From a virus (taxonomy: Duplodnaviria; Caudoviricetes): a stretch of 26,665 nt of DNA. Positions 17,229 to 25,262 of this stretch are shown one piece after another. The stretch lies in the IMG/VR virus record IMGVR_UViG_3300012665_000163, positions 1-26,665 of that record, one strand, 5' to 3'. The position numbers and the translations under genes are program-made. The notes beneath the pieces were generated by a model. It had not been told where the DNA came from. It ran no database searches and saw only the letters and a program-made list of their open reading frames with translations. Numbering within the stretch: position 1 is the stretch's first letter; every line of letters starts with the position of its first letter.

Positions 17229-17768
17229 ATGTCAGAAGAAGTTAAAAGCGAAAGTGAAAAGAAAAAAGAAGATTGGATGAATTCAAAATGGCGTCCAATG
17301 ATGGGTTGGATGTACATGTTGGTATGTATGTTTGACATGATCTTATTCCCCATACTATGGAGTTTATTACAAACTGTAACTCACACTCCCATCACCCAGT
17401 GGAATCCGTTGACCTTGCAAGGTGCTGGCTTATTCCATATTGCAATGGGTGCTGTACTAGGTATTGCGGCATTTGGTCGTACACAAGAAAAACTAAATGG
17501 AGCAAACAATGGCGGAGCACAAACACCATCAAGCGGGTTTACAGCACCTAGCGCACCTTCAACAGGATTTGGTGCCGCACCTGGGGGCTTCGGTTCTCCA
17601 GCACCAAGCACAAGTTTTACACCAGCCCCAAGCTGGGGTACAACCCCAATCGCATCAAGCGGCGTTAATAGCAATCCAAGTTTTGGAGCGCCAGCGGCTA
17701 AACCAGCAGTAGCATTATCAAGTAGCGGTAAACCAATGCCTGCACCACAAGTAGATCCAGAAATTTAA
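17229..17768 (+). CDS. Holin-like membrane protein (GTA 3TM holin-like) with disordered tail
   Basis: DWMNSKWRPMMGWMY TM segment, LFHIAMGAVLGIAAFGRTQEK motif, Pro/Gly/Ser-rich C-terminus; sits in the lysis cassette. Confidence 0.7.
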   Translation: MSEEVKSESEKKKEDWMNSKWRPMMGWMYMLVCMFDMILFPILWSLLQTVTHTPITQWNPLTLQGAGLFHIAMGAVLGIAAFGRTQEKLNGANNGGAQTPSSGFTAPSAPSTGFGAAPGGFGSPAPSTSFTPAPSWGTTPIASSGVNSNPSFGAPAAKPAVALSSSGKPMPAPQVDPEI

Positions 17769-17778
17769 AGGAAAAATT

Positions 17779-18003
17779 ATGAAACAATTATTAGCATTAT
17801 TAGTAGCGGCAGCATTTATTGCTCCTGTTATGGCTGCTGACGAAGCACCAAAAACTAAACAAGTATGTATTGATGTTCAAGGCAAAGATGGCAAACCAGT
17901 TATTGATCCTAAAACTAAAAAAACAAAACAAGACTGTAAAACTGTAAAAGTACATAAAAAACACGAAGGCACAGCAGTTCCAGAAGACAAAAAGAAGAAA
18001 TAA
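17779..18003 (+). CDS. Small secreted Lys-rich protein
   Basis: Sec signal MKQLLALLVAAAFIAPVMA|A, two cysteines in the mature part, SD AAGGA. Confidence 0.7.
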   Translation: MKQLLALLVAAAFIAPVMAADEAPKTKQVCIDVQGKDGKPVIDPKTKKTKQDCKTVKVHKKHEGTAVPEDKKKK

Positions 18004-18016
18004 AAACATTCAAACA

Positions 18017-18045
18017 TTGACAGGTTCAGTCTAAGATAGTATAAT
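18017..18045 (+). promoter_or_regulatory. Consensus sigma70 promoter TTGACA-N17-TATAAT for dnaJ-clpA
   Basis: TTGACA 18017-18022, TATAAT 18040-18045, spacer exactly 17 nt. Confidence 0.85.
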
Positions 18046-18071
18046 TACTATATTAGATTGGACCTATTTTT
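18022..18071 (+). terminator. Long hairpin / likely terminator of the lysis cassette, overlapping the promoter
   Basis: 20-bp arms 18022-18041 / 18046-18065 (17 Watson-Crick pairs, 2 G-U, 1 mismatch), loop TAAT, followed by ATTTTT. Confidence 0.65.
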
Positions 18072-18077
18072 ACGACT

Positions 18078-18932
18078 ATGACAGATTATTACCAAACACT
18101 AGGAGTAGATCCGTCCGCTTCGCAGGACGAAATTAAAGCCGCTTATAGAAAGTTGGCTATGAAGCACCACCCTGATCGTACAGGCGGTGATGATACTAAA
18201 TTTAAACAAATACAAGAAGCGTATGCTACAGTCGGCGATGACAGCAAGCGAGCCGAATATGAACAAATGCGTAGGGGCGGACCACAAGTAAGGTTTACTA
18301 CAGGTGGCATGCCCGATTTTGCAGATATGTTTGGCGGGCAGTTTGATCCTTTTGGCAGTCGCTCTAATCCATTCGGGGATATATTTGGTAGACAAATTCG
18401 ACGCAATCGTGATTTAAACATTCAATGCCAAATTACACTAGTAGATTCATTCCAAGGCAAACAGCTAGAAGCCAGCTATACATTACCTAGTGGTCGATTA
18501 CAAACTGTTGTGATTAATGTGCCAGCAGGTATTGATCACGGATCAACTATTAGATACGCTGGACTAGGAGATGATAGCCATCCAGCTTTACAACGTGGCG
18601 ACTTAAATGTTACAATACTTGTAATGCCTGATCCAAAGTTTAGGCGAGAAGGAAATGACTTATATACAAACCTTGACATTAGTCCAATTGAGGCTATGAT
18701 TGGTTGTAAAAAAGTTGTTACTTCTATAAACGGTGTTAGATTGAATATTGATGTAAGACCCGGCGTTGAAACTGGTGTAGAATATGCAGTAACAGGGCAT
18801 GGGTTTACTAATGTAAACAATAACACAAAGGGGAGACTAATGGTACAAATTAGAATTAAAACTCCCGAGGTAATTGATCCTGTAATAGTTGAAAGACTAA
18901 AACAGCTCAATGATGAAATTAGTAGAAAGTAA
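18078..18932 (+). CDS. DnaJ-class co-chaperone (type II, CbpA-like)
   Basis: J domain DYYQTLGV…AYRKLAMKHHPDR, G/F-rich linker, C-terminal domain (GDLNV…FRREGNDL); no Zn-finger repeats. Confidence 0.92.
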   Translation: MTDYYQTLGVDPSASQDEIKAAYRKLAMKHHPDRTGGDDTKFKQIQEAYATVGDDSKRAEYEQMRRGGPQVRFTTGGMPDFADMFGGQFDPFGSRSNPFGDIFGRQIRRNRDLNIQCQITLVDSFQGKQLEASYTLPSGRLQTVVINVPAGIDHGSTIRYAGLGDDSHPALQRGDLNVTILVMPDPKFRREGNDLYTNLDISPIEAMIGCKKVVTSINGVRLNIDVRPGVETGVEYAVTGHGFTNVNNNTKGRLMVQIRIKTPEVIDPVIVERLKQLNDEISRK

Positions 18933-18943
18933 AAGGACCCTAA

Positions 18944-21214
18944 ATGGTTGAACCAAGTGATAATTTGCAAGCAGTATTTGAAAAAGCTATTGAAACAGCT
19001 CGACAGCTTAAACACGAATACTTAACGATCGAGCATTTGCTTTTTGCAATGCTGTGTGAAGAATCTTTCTCTAATTGTCTACAAGGTTACGGCAGTGACC
19101 CTGACTACATTAAAAAGAACCTAGAGCACTATCTTAAAAATAAGTGTGCCGAAATTACAGTCAATGAAGTAGTTGTAAAGCCAAAGAAGACTCAGTCTGT
19201 TGAACGTGTTCTTAATCGAGCATTTACTCAAGTACTGTTTAATGGTCGTCAGCGTATCGAACCTAGCGATGTATTCTTGTCTATGATCGGAGAAAAACGT
19301 AGCTGGGCATATTTCTACATTCAACAAGCTGGCATTGACAAAGACAAGTTTGCAGATTATCTCAACAACACATCTGATGCTCAAGAAGAAGAGGATGTTC
19401 CAGATACTGCAAGTGATAAAGCACTTAAAGCATTTACTACCAATTTAAACGACGCCGTTAAAAAAGGTAAAGTAGATCCAGTTATCGGTCGAATCGACGA
19501 ACTTGAAAATATTAGTTTAGCATTAGGTCGTCGTAGTAAAAACAACGTTATCCTTGTAGGCGATCCAGGTGTTGGTAAGACTGCTATTGCAGAAGGACTT
19601 GCATTTAACATTGTTAAAGGTGCAGTACCTGACTTCCTTAAAGATTACTCTGTTTATAACCTAGACATCAGTGCCATGCTTGCAGGTAGTAAGTACCGTG
19701 GCGATTTTGAAGAACGCTTTAAGATGGTGCTTAAAGGTCTTGCTAAGAAAGGTAAGACTGTATTGTTTATTGACGAAGCACACATGATTAGTGGAGCAGG
19801 CTCAGCTAGCAATTCAGCTAACGATCTTTCTAATATGATGAAGCCCGCATTAAGCAAAGGTACTATTAAAGTTATTGCATCAACTACTTGGGAAGAGTAT
19901 CGTAAGCACTTTGAAAAGGATCGTGCGCTAATGCGCAGGTTCCAGCGTATCACAGTTGACGAGCCTACTCAAGAAATGACATTGCAGATCCTCAAAGGTA
20001 TTAAAAAATACTACGAGCAACATCACAATGTTAAAATCAAAGACGAAGCATTACAAGCATCGATTAAACTGTCAGTACGCTATCAATCAGATAAAAAGTT
20101 ACCAGACAAGGCTATTGATTTAATTGACTGTGCATGTTCACGTTTTAATTTGAAACTTGCAGACGAACGTATTATTGGTGCTAAAGAAATTGAATTTGAA
20201 TTAGCTAAGATGGTTCAAATTCCAGAAGAAGTAGTTGCAGAACAAGAAAGTGAAAACATTGCTTCCTTGCAAGATAAACTACAAGAAGAAGTCTACGGAC
20301 AAGACCTTGCTATTACAGAAGTAGTAGATAAGATTATTGTTGCTCGTGCAGGTTTAAAACCTGAGAATAAACCTATTGGGTCATTTGTATTCATGGGGCC
20401 TACTGGTTGCGGTAAGACCGAAACTGCCAAGAGTTTAGCTAAACACTTGGGTGTTAAACTGTTAAGATTTGACATGTCAGAGTACCAAGAGAAGCATAGC
20501 ATCTCTAAGCTGATTGGTAGCCCTCCAGGTTATGTTGGCTTTGAAGAAAACGCAGGTCAGCTTATTACTCAAATTCAAGAGAATCCAAATGCTGTTCTGT
20601 TGTTTGACGAAGTAGAAAAATCACATCCAGATGTGACAACTGTGTTGTTGCAAATGATGGATAACGGTTTTATCACTGGATCAAACGGAAAGCAAGCAGA
20701 TTGCCGCAACTTATTGTTAGTCTTAACAACTAACGCAGGTGCCCAGGCTGCTGAAAAGAATAACATTGGATTTGGCAGTCAAGAGAAAGACTATGTGGAT
20801 ACTGATTTAAAGAAATTCTTTACACCAGAATTCCGTAATCGTTTAGATGGCATTATTACATTTAACAAACTTGGCAAACCTGTAATGACTAAAATTGTTA
20901 CTAAGTTTATTGACGAGCTACGTGAGCAAGTTAAAGAGAAAGCAGTTCGCATTAAAATTGACAAAGAAGCAATTGAGTGGCTGATCAATAAAGGCTTTGA
21001 TTCTAAGATGGGTGCTCGTCCGCTACAACGTGTTATTGACAAGGAAATTAAACGTGACCTTGCTAAGATGATGTTGTTTGGAGATTTAAAGGGAGGTGGC
21101 TGGCTTACTATTACAGTAGCCGATGACAAACTACATTTGTCAGGTCGTCCTAAGACTCCTAAGATTGCACTAATTGGTGCAACGGTAGTTGAACATGCTG
21201 ACGAAACAAACTAG
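18944..21214 (+). CDS. clpA: ATP-dependent Clp protease ATP-binding subunit ClpA
   Basis: Clp N domain (HEYLTIEHLL), two AAA+ modules (GDPGVGKT/FIDEAH; GPTGCGKT/LFDEVEK), pore loop GYVG, IGF loop, no ClpB M-domain, 756 aa. Confidence 0.92.
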   Translation: MVEPSDNLQAVFEKAIETARQLKHEYLTIEHLLFAMLCEESFSNCLQGYGSDPDYIKKNLEHYLKNKCAEITVNEVVVKPKKTQSVERVLNRAFTQVLFNGRQRIEPSDVFLSMIGEKRSWAYFYIQQAGIDKDKFADYLNNTSDAQEEEDVPDTASDKALKAFTTNLNDAVKKGKVDPVIGRIDELENISLALGRRSKNNVILVGDPGVGKTAIAEGLAFNIVKGAVPDFLKDYSVYNLDISAMLAGSKYRGDFEERFKMVLKGLAKKGKTVLFIDEAHMISGAGSASNSANDLSNMMKPALSKGTIKVIASTTWEEYRKHFEKDRALMRRFQRITVDEPTQEMTLQILKGIKKYYEQHHNVKIKDEALQASIKLSVRYQSDKKLPDKAIDLIDCACSRFNLKLADERIIGAKEIEFELAKMVQIPEEVVAEQESENIASLQDKLQEEVYGQDLAITEVVDKIIVARAGLKPENKPIGSFVFMGPTGCGKTETAKSLAKHLGVKLLRFDMSEYQEKHSISKLIGSPPGYVGFEENAGQLITQIQENPNAVLLFDEVEKSHPDVTTVLLQMMDNGFITGSNGKQADCRNLLLVLTTNAGAQAAEKNNIGFGSQEKDYVDTDLKKFFTPEFRNRLDGIITFNKLGKPVMTKIVTKFIDELREQVKEKAVRIKIDKEAIEWLINKGFDSKMGARPLQRVIDKEIKRDLAKMMLFGDLKGGGWLTITVADDKLHLSGRPKTPKIALIGATVVEHADETN

Positions 21215-21815
21215 AAGATTGTTTCATGGGAAATATCAGTACAAAGCTGTACTGATATGCCCTGCCGCTAACTGGTTTAGAGGTTGTAATATCGAAGGCG
21301 CTTTAGAAAAACTATCAGAGTTTACATTTGATACTAAAGTTAGTTTTAGTAATAAAATTAAAACTAAAGAAGATCTAGAGTATAGTATAAAGCTAGGCAA
21401 TGTATTTGCAACACTCACTGACTATGAGATTAGGGTAGAAACACCTTTCATTAGTTTTTATACAAACTCAAAGGCAGATGTTGACAAGTTAGTTAAAGTT
21501 GATAAAGAACGTGTAAAATACATTAGTGTTCCTGATACTAATACTACACTAGAGACAAATACAGTTATTCTCCCAAAGGTTGATTACGATTTTAGGGTAA
21601 CTATTGGTAGGACACGCTCTGCACATGATGCATTTATCGACTGGGCCGAAAAGAATGAAAAATTAAAGCTCACTAAAAGCTGTAAAAGTGCTTTAAAGAA
21701 GTCTGTAAGCTGGGGCGGAACATACTTTTATGTTAGAGGCGAGAAAAACTTACTTGTAGCTAAGATGATGTTGGGCGGCAGTATCAATAAAGTAGAGCGC
21801 ATCTTAAAGAAATAA
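21195..21815 (+). CDS. Hypothetical protein (about 206 aa)
   Basis: Long ORF overlapping the end of clpA; ATG 21195 preferred over TTG 21189. Confidence 0.7.
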   Translation: MLTKQTRRLFHGKYQYKAVLICPAANWFRGCNIEGALEKLSEFTFDTKVSFSNKIKTKEDLEYSIKLGNVFATLTDYEIRVETPFISFYTNSKADVDKLVKVDKERVKYISVPDTNTTLETNTVILPKVDYDFRVTIGRTRSAHDAFIDWAEKNEKLKLTKSCKSALKKSVSWGGTYFYVRGEKNLLVAKMMLGGSINKVERILKK

Positions 21816-21839
21816 CTGATTCTCAAGCCTGCTGATCAA

Positions 21840-21847
21840 GATAAATA
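21840..21847 (+). promoter_or_regulatory. Late-type promoter motif GATAAATA
   Basis: Exact motif in the intergenic gap heading the 21888-25237 gene block. Confidence 0.6.
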
Positions 21848-21887
21848 CTCTAAGACAGTGTCTTGTACACTAACAACGGGCTCCATT

Positions 21888-22232
21888 ATGCGTATTAGAG
21901 ATTTAGTAGAAAACATTGCAATAGAACTAGATAATGATGACAAATTAGACTTTGATCTAATTGACGATCTATTATTTTATATGAATCACGACGATGAAAC
22001 ATATCGCCGTCACACATACCCTAGCATTGTAAAATATAAAAATTCAATCGATAAGGGCGAGGAAACTGATCATTTATTGTTTGGTAACGCCGTTAAAGAA
22101 TCTTATAAAAATTATTGCGAAGAATTTCCAGTTAAAGAATTGCCAGACAGTCTATCTAAAGCAATGATGCATAAAATTTGTCACAAACTACATGACGAAT
22201 GCGGCGAACATATTAAAGACGGCAAACTGTAA
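21888..22232 (+). CDS. Hypothetical protein with MRIRDLVE leader
   Basis: ATG 21888 gives the shared N-terminal leader; TAATG coupling to the next gene. Confidence 0.7.
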   Translation: MRIRDLVENIAIELDNDDKLDFDLIDDLLFYMNHDDETYRRHTYPSIVKYKNSIDKGEETDHLLFGNAVKESYKNYCEEFPVKELPDSLSKAMMHKICHKLHDECGEHIKDGKL

Positions 22233-23455
22233 TGCTACTCAGAGAACTTTTTTCTGTAATGGAGGCTTCACCTAAGCAAGCCAAAGACGATGGTATTGAA
22301 AAATACGGTCGACCTTTCAACCATCCAGAACATCTTGTATTCTTTAAAGGATCAGACGGCACATTAGAAGCTTTGAATCATTTTAAAGAAATAGCAAGCG
22401 AAAAACCAGGCAAGACTTCTATACGTAGAAAGTGGGACGGTAATCCACAAGTATATTGGGGCAGAGAGAGAAAGAACGGCCCGTTAATTCTTGCAGGGCA
22501 CAATCAATGGTCACGCGGTGTTAAGGCAACTAATGCCAGTGAAGTTTACGACTTCATTGCCAATCAAAGCGGAAAGCCTGGTACACCTGAGCAAATGAAA
22601 CAGCGACAACAGTTTGCACAAAACTTTTCTAATTTGTATCCATTGTTTGATGCCGCTACTCCTAACGACTTTGTAGGATTTGTCTATGCGGATGCACTCT
22701 ATGGTGTTGACCCAGGATTGAATAAAAAATTAGAAGCACCAACACCGGACTATCCTAAAGGCATATGGACATTTTGTCCGAACCCTAATAGTAAAACATG
22801 CTATCATGTTGATGCTGGTAGTGATCTAGGTATACAAATTGCGCAGGCAAAAGTTATGGTAGTTGGTCATGCAACCTTTGAATCGTTTGGTGCACCTGAT
22901 TCCACTCAACAACCATTAGACGATTTTGAATTGTTTAATCAAACTCCAGGACTTATTGTACAAGGCCCTATCTATACTGATACTGCTCCCGAATTTGATA
23001 CTACGCCAATTGACGACATGATTGCATACACCGAAGAGAACGGTGCGGCTGTTGATAACTTCCTTGCAAGTTTGCCTGACCCAGATAAGAATGGAATCTT
23101 TTATCCATTCTTTAACAGCAAGAGCGGAGAACATGCTCGTGGCGAATCTGACTTTAATGCACTTTCAGGTGCAGACTTTATCAGTTGGATGACTAATAAA
23201 GGTGTTAGTCCAAAGAAACAACAACACATCATAGACATGGTGCAAGCACATCCTGGTGGTCTTGATGCAATGTTCTTTTTGATCAAAGGTATTCGCAATA
23301 TGAAAGATGCTGTCGATGCCGCTATCAAACAACAACCAAGGAAGTCTATCTGGGATACAAACGGCGAGGGGCATGTTCGCTATCCACAAGCTCACCATAA
23401 ATACGGTAAGATTAAAATTGTTCCAACTACTTGGGCACCCGGGAAAAAAGAATGA
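22232..23455 (+). CDS. Phage protein with KWDG motif; putative ATP-dependent ligase/nucleotidyltransferase fold
   Basis: RKWDGNP (K67), VYADAL, GEGHV (E379) and KIKIV (K393/K395) fall in the order of ligase motifs I/III/IV/V. Leader MLLRELF…ME|A. Confidence 0.6.
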   Translation: MLLRELFSVMEASPKQAKDDGIEKYGRPFNHPEHLVFFKGSDGTLEALNHFKEIASEKPGKTSIRRKWDGNPQVYWGRERKNGPLILAGHNQWSRGVKATNASEVYDFIANQSGKPGTPEQMKQRQQFAQNFSNLYPLFDAATPNDFVGFVYADALYGVDPGLNKKLEAPTPDYPKGIWTFCPNPNSKTCYHVDAGSDLGIQIAQAKVMVVGHATFESFGAPDSTQQPLDDFELFNQTPGLIVQGPIYTDTAPEFDTTPIDDMIAYTEENGAAVDNFLASLPDPDKNGIFYPFFNSKSGEHARGESDFNALSGADFISWMTNKGVSPKKQQHIIDMVQAHPGGLDAMFFLIKGIRNMKDAVDAAIKQQPRKSIWDTNGEGHVRYPQAHHKYGKIKIVPTTWAPGKKE

Positions 23456-24552
23456 ATCTAAGACAATTATTTGAAAATAAAGGAAACTCAGTAGGCGTAT
23501 GTTTTGGCCGCTGGAATCCGCCGCATAAGGGACATAGAGCCGCTTGGGAAACTGCGGCTAACTTCGGCACATTCTATGTAGGGACAAATAAAAACACAGA
23601 AGGCCCAAATGATCCGTTACCATACAATGTGAAATTAAAATGCATGGAAACAATTTGGCCTGAGATTGCCGGACATGTTATTCCGGAACAAAGTCTATTC
23701 ACCTTAGTTTCAAAAGTATTTGCCAAGCACGGCGAAGGTACTCATTTAAAAATTGCCACTGACGAAGAGTGGTTAACTAAGTCACTTATACAATATAATG
23801 GACAAGAAGGTGCGCACGGTTACTATAAATTTGCAAGTATTGAACAAGTTCCTACACCTCGATTAAGCAGTGCAACTGCTCTTAGGGCCGCAGTACGTGC
23901 AGGTGATAGAGATGGATTTAGCGATGCCGCAGGTGTTGATGCCGACACACCTATTAGAATAGGTAAGAAGTCAGTTGCGTTTTTTGATCTAGTTGCTCAC
24001 TATCTTGCCAAGCATCCTGAAAAAGCTAAACGTGCAATTAAAGCAAAAGAAGAAGCAGCCGGTGTTGGTACTATTACTAAACAAAATTCTACTGCTGATG
24101 TAAACGCAGGTACACCTCGAAAGAATTTAAAAGCGTTTCATTTAGTCAAAGAAGATGAATTGTTTTTAGCAGACTTAGAAGATGCACTATTACAAGAAGC
24201 TGGAATGAAGCCTATTGAAAAATCACAGAAAGCATCTATGAAAAATGCAGTCACAATTCCAGCATTGAATATGAGTACAGGCAGTGGCGGTGCGTATATG
24301 AATTATCGAATGGGCATTGCCTTAGCAGGTGCTCCTAACTATCCTACAAAAATGGATGCAGACAACTGGATCGGCGGTGATCCACTATTATCCACTTACA
24401 CTGAAGAAGAGTTTAATATGATCAAACAAGCCGCTAAACAAGTAGGTGCAGGTACAATACAAAATTGGTCAGGTAATCGAAGCAAAGAAGTAGCAGATGT
24501 AAACAAGACTAGTGCAGTAGCAAAGATTAAAAAGAACAAATACGGTGTATAA
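23452..24552 (+). CDS. HIGH-family nucleotidyltransferase (cytidylyltransferase-like) with modular C-terminal extension
   Basis: FGRWNPPHKGH, NDPLPYNVK, PRLSSATALR. Start at ATG 23452 (ATGA overlap) gives the leader MNLRQLFE. Confidence 0.78.
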   Translation: MNLRQLFENKGNSVGVCFGRWNPPHKGHRAAWETAANFGTFYVGTNKNTEGPNDPLPYNVKLKCMETIWPEIAGHVIPEQSLFTLVSKVFAKHGEGTHLKIATDEEWLTKSLIQYNGQEGAHGYYKFASIEQVPTPRLSSATALRAAVRAGDRDGFSDAAGVDADTPIRIGKKSVAFFDLVAHYLAKHPEKAKRAIKAKEEAAGVGTITKQNSTADVNAGTPRKNLKAFHLVKEDELFLADLEDALLQEAGMKPIEKSQKASMKNAVTIPALNMSTGSGGAYMNYRMGIALAGAPNYPTKMDADNWIGGDPLLSTYTEEEFNMIKQAAKQVGAGTIQNWSGNRSKEVADVNKTSAVAKIKKNKYGV

Positions 24553-24830
24553 TGAAACAGTATAGAATTACTTCAGAAAATTTAAATCAAGATAGCGGAG
24601 ATGATTGCTACCTTGCACCTGAAGATCTTATACACGAAATTAAAGCATTACAAGACTTGGCAGGGTTAGGTGCCGCGGCTAAATTACACGAGTTAAAAGG
24701 TAGTAATGTTAGCATCACCGGAAACGAAAACGGCCGTATTCAAAGAGAAAATAATATTAAACCAGGAACTCCTGAATGGTTCAAGTTATGGTTTAGTTTA
24801 CCATACATGACTGGGGAGAAAAAATTATGA
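24552..24830 (+). CDS. Hypothetical protein (92 aa)
   Basis: TAATG and ATGA couplings on either side; motif IKPGTPEWFKLWFSLPY. Confidence 0.7.
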   Translation: MKQYRITSENLNQDSGDDCYLAPEDLIHEIKALQDLAGLGAAAKLHELKGSNVSITGNENGRIQRENNIKPGTPEWFKLWFSLPYMTGEKKL

Positions 24831-25237
24831 AAATGTCAGAACTATTAGATGAAGGTTATCGTAATTACAATGATAATCGTACGGGATTCGGAGATCGAGA
24901 AAAGCGTGAGTTTAAACGTCAAGAAATGGAACATGAATTAGGTCACGAAACAAATAACTACGCAGTATCCATCAATGGAAAAACATGGAAAGTATTTGGC
25001 ACTCGAAGCCATGCAGAAGCAGTTGCTCGCAAAATACAAATGAAAGATCCTAGCAAAAAGGTAGGAGTTCACGAAACAGGTGCTGACATAAGCGAAGAAG
25101 CTACCGCAGGTGGCACTAGTGCTGGCATGGTTAGCGTAGGTGCAGTACACAAAAATCAAAGCCCTAAGATGCAAAAACCCACAGATAACGCTTTAGACGG
25201 CGATAATTTGATGACCGGCGGAAGCATTAAACGATAA
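24827..25237 (+). CDS. Hypothetical protein with MKMSELLDE|G leader
   Basis: SD GGAG, ATGA overlap, internal ISE|EATAGGTSAG junction. Confidence 0.7.
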   Translation: MKMSELLDEGYRNYNDNRTGFGDREKREFKRQEMEHELGHETNNYAVSINGKTWKVFGTRSHAEAVARKIQMKDPSKKVGVHETGADISEEATAGGTSAGMVSVGAVHKNQSPKMQKPTDNALDGDNLMTGGSIKR

Positions 25238-25240
25238 ATA
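25233..25240 (+). promoter_or_regulatory. Late-type promoter motif GATAAATA overlapping the stop codon
   Basis: Exact motif 22 nt before ATG 25263, which has SD GGAG. Confidence 0.6.
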
Positions 25241-25262
25241 TACTAATAACGGAGTTCAGAAC

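Noticed and set aside
18944-21214. Bacterial chromosome origin suggested by clpA, dnaJ, groES and phoH
   Set aside because: These genes are interleaved with virion, lysis and T4-like clamp-loader genes and share the phage promoter motifs; there is no bacterial operon context such as clpS, dnaK, groEL or ybeY.
1161-23398. Many 60-160 aa antisense or alternate-frame ORFs inside larger genes
   Set aside because: They lie within or across well-supported CDSs, have no motifs or SD, and are expected from codon bias on the coding strand.
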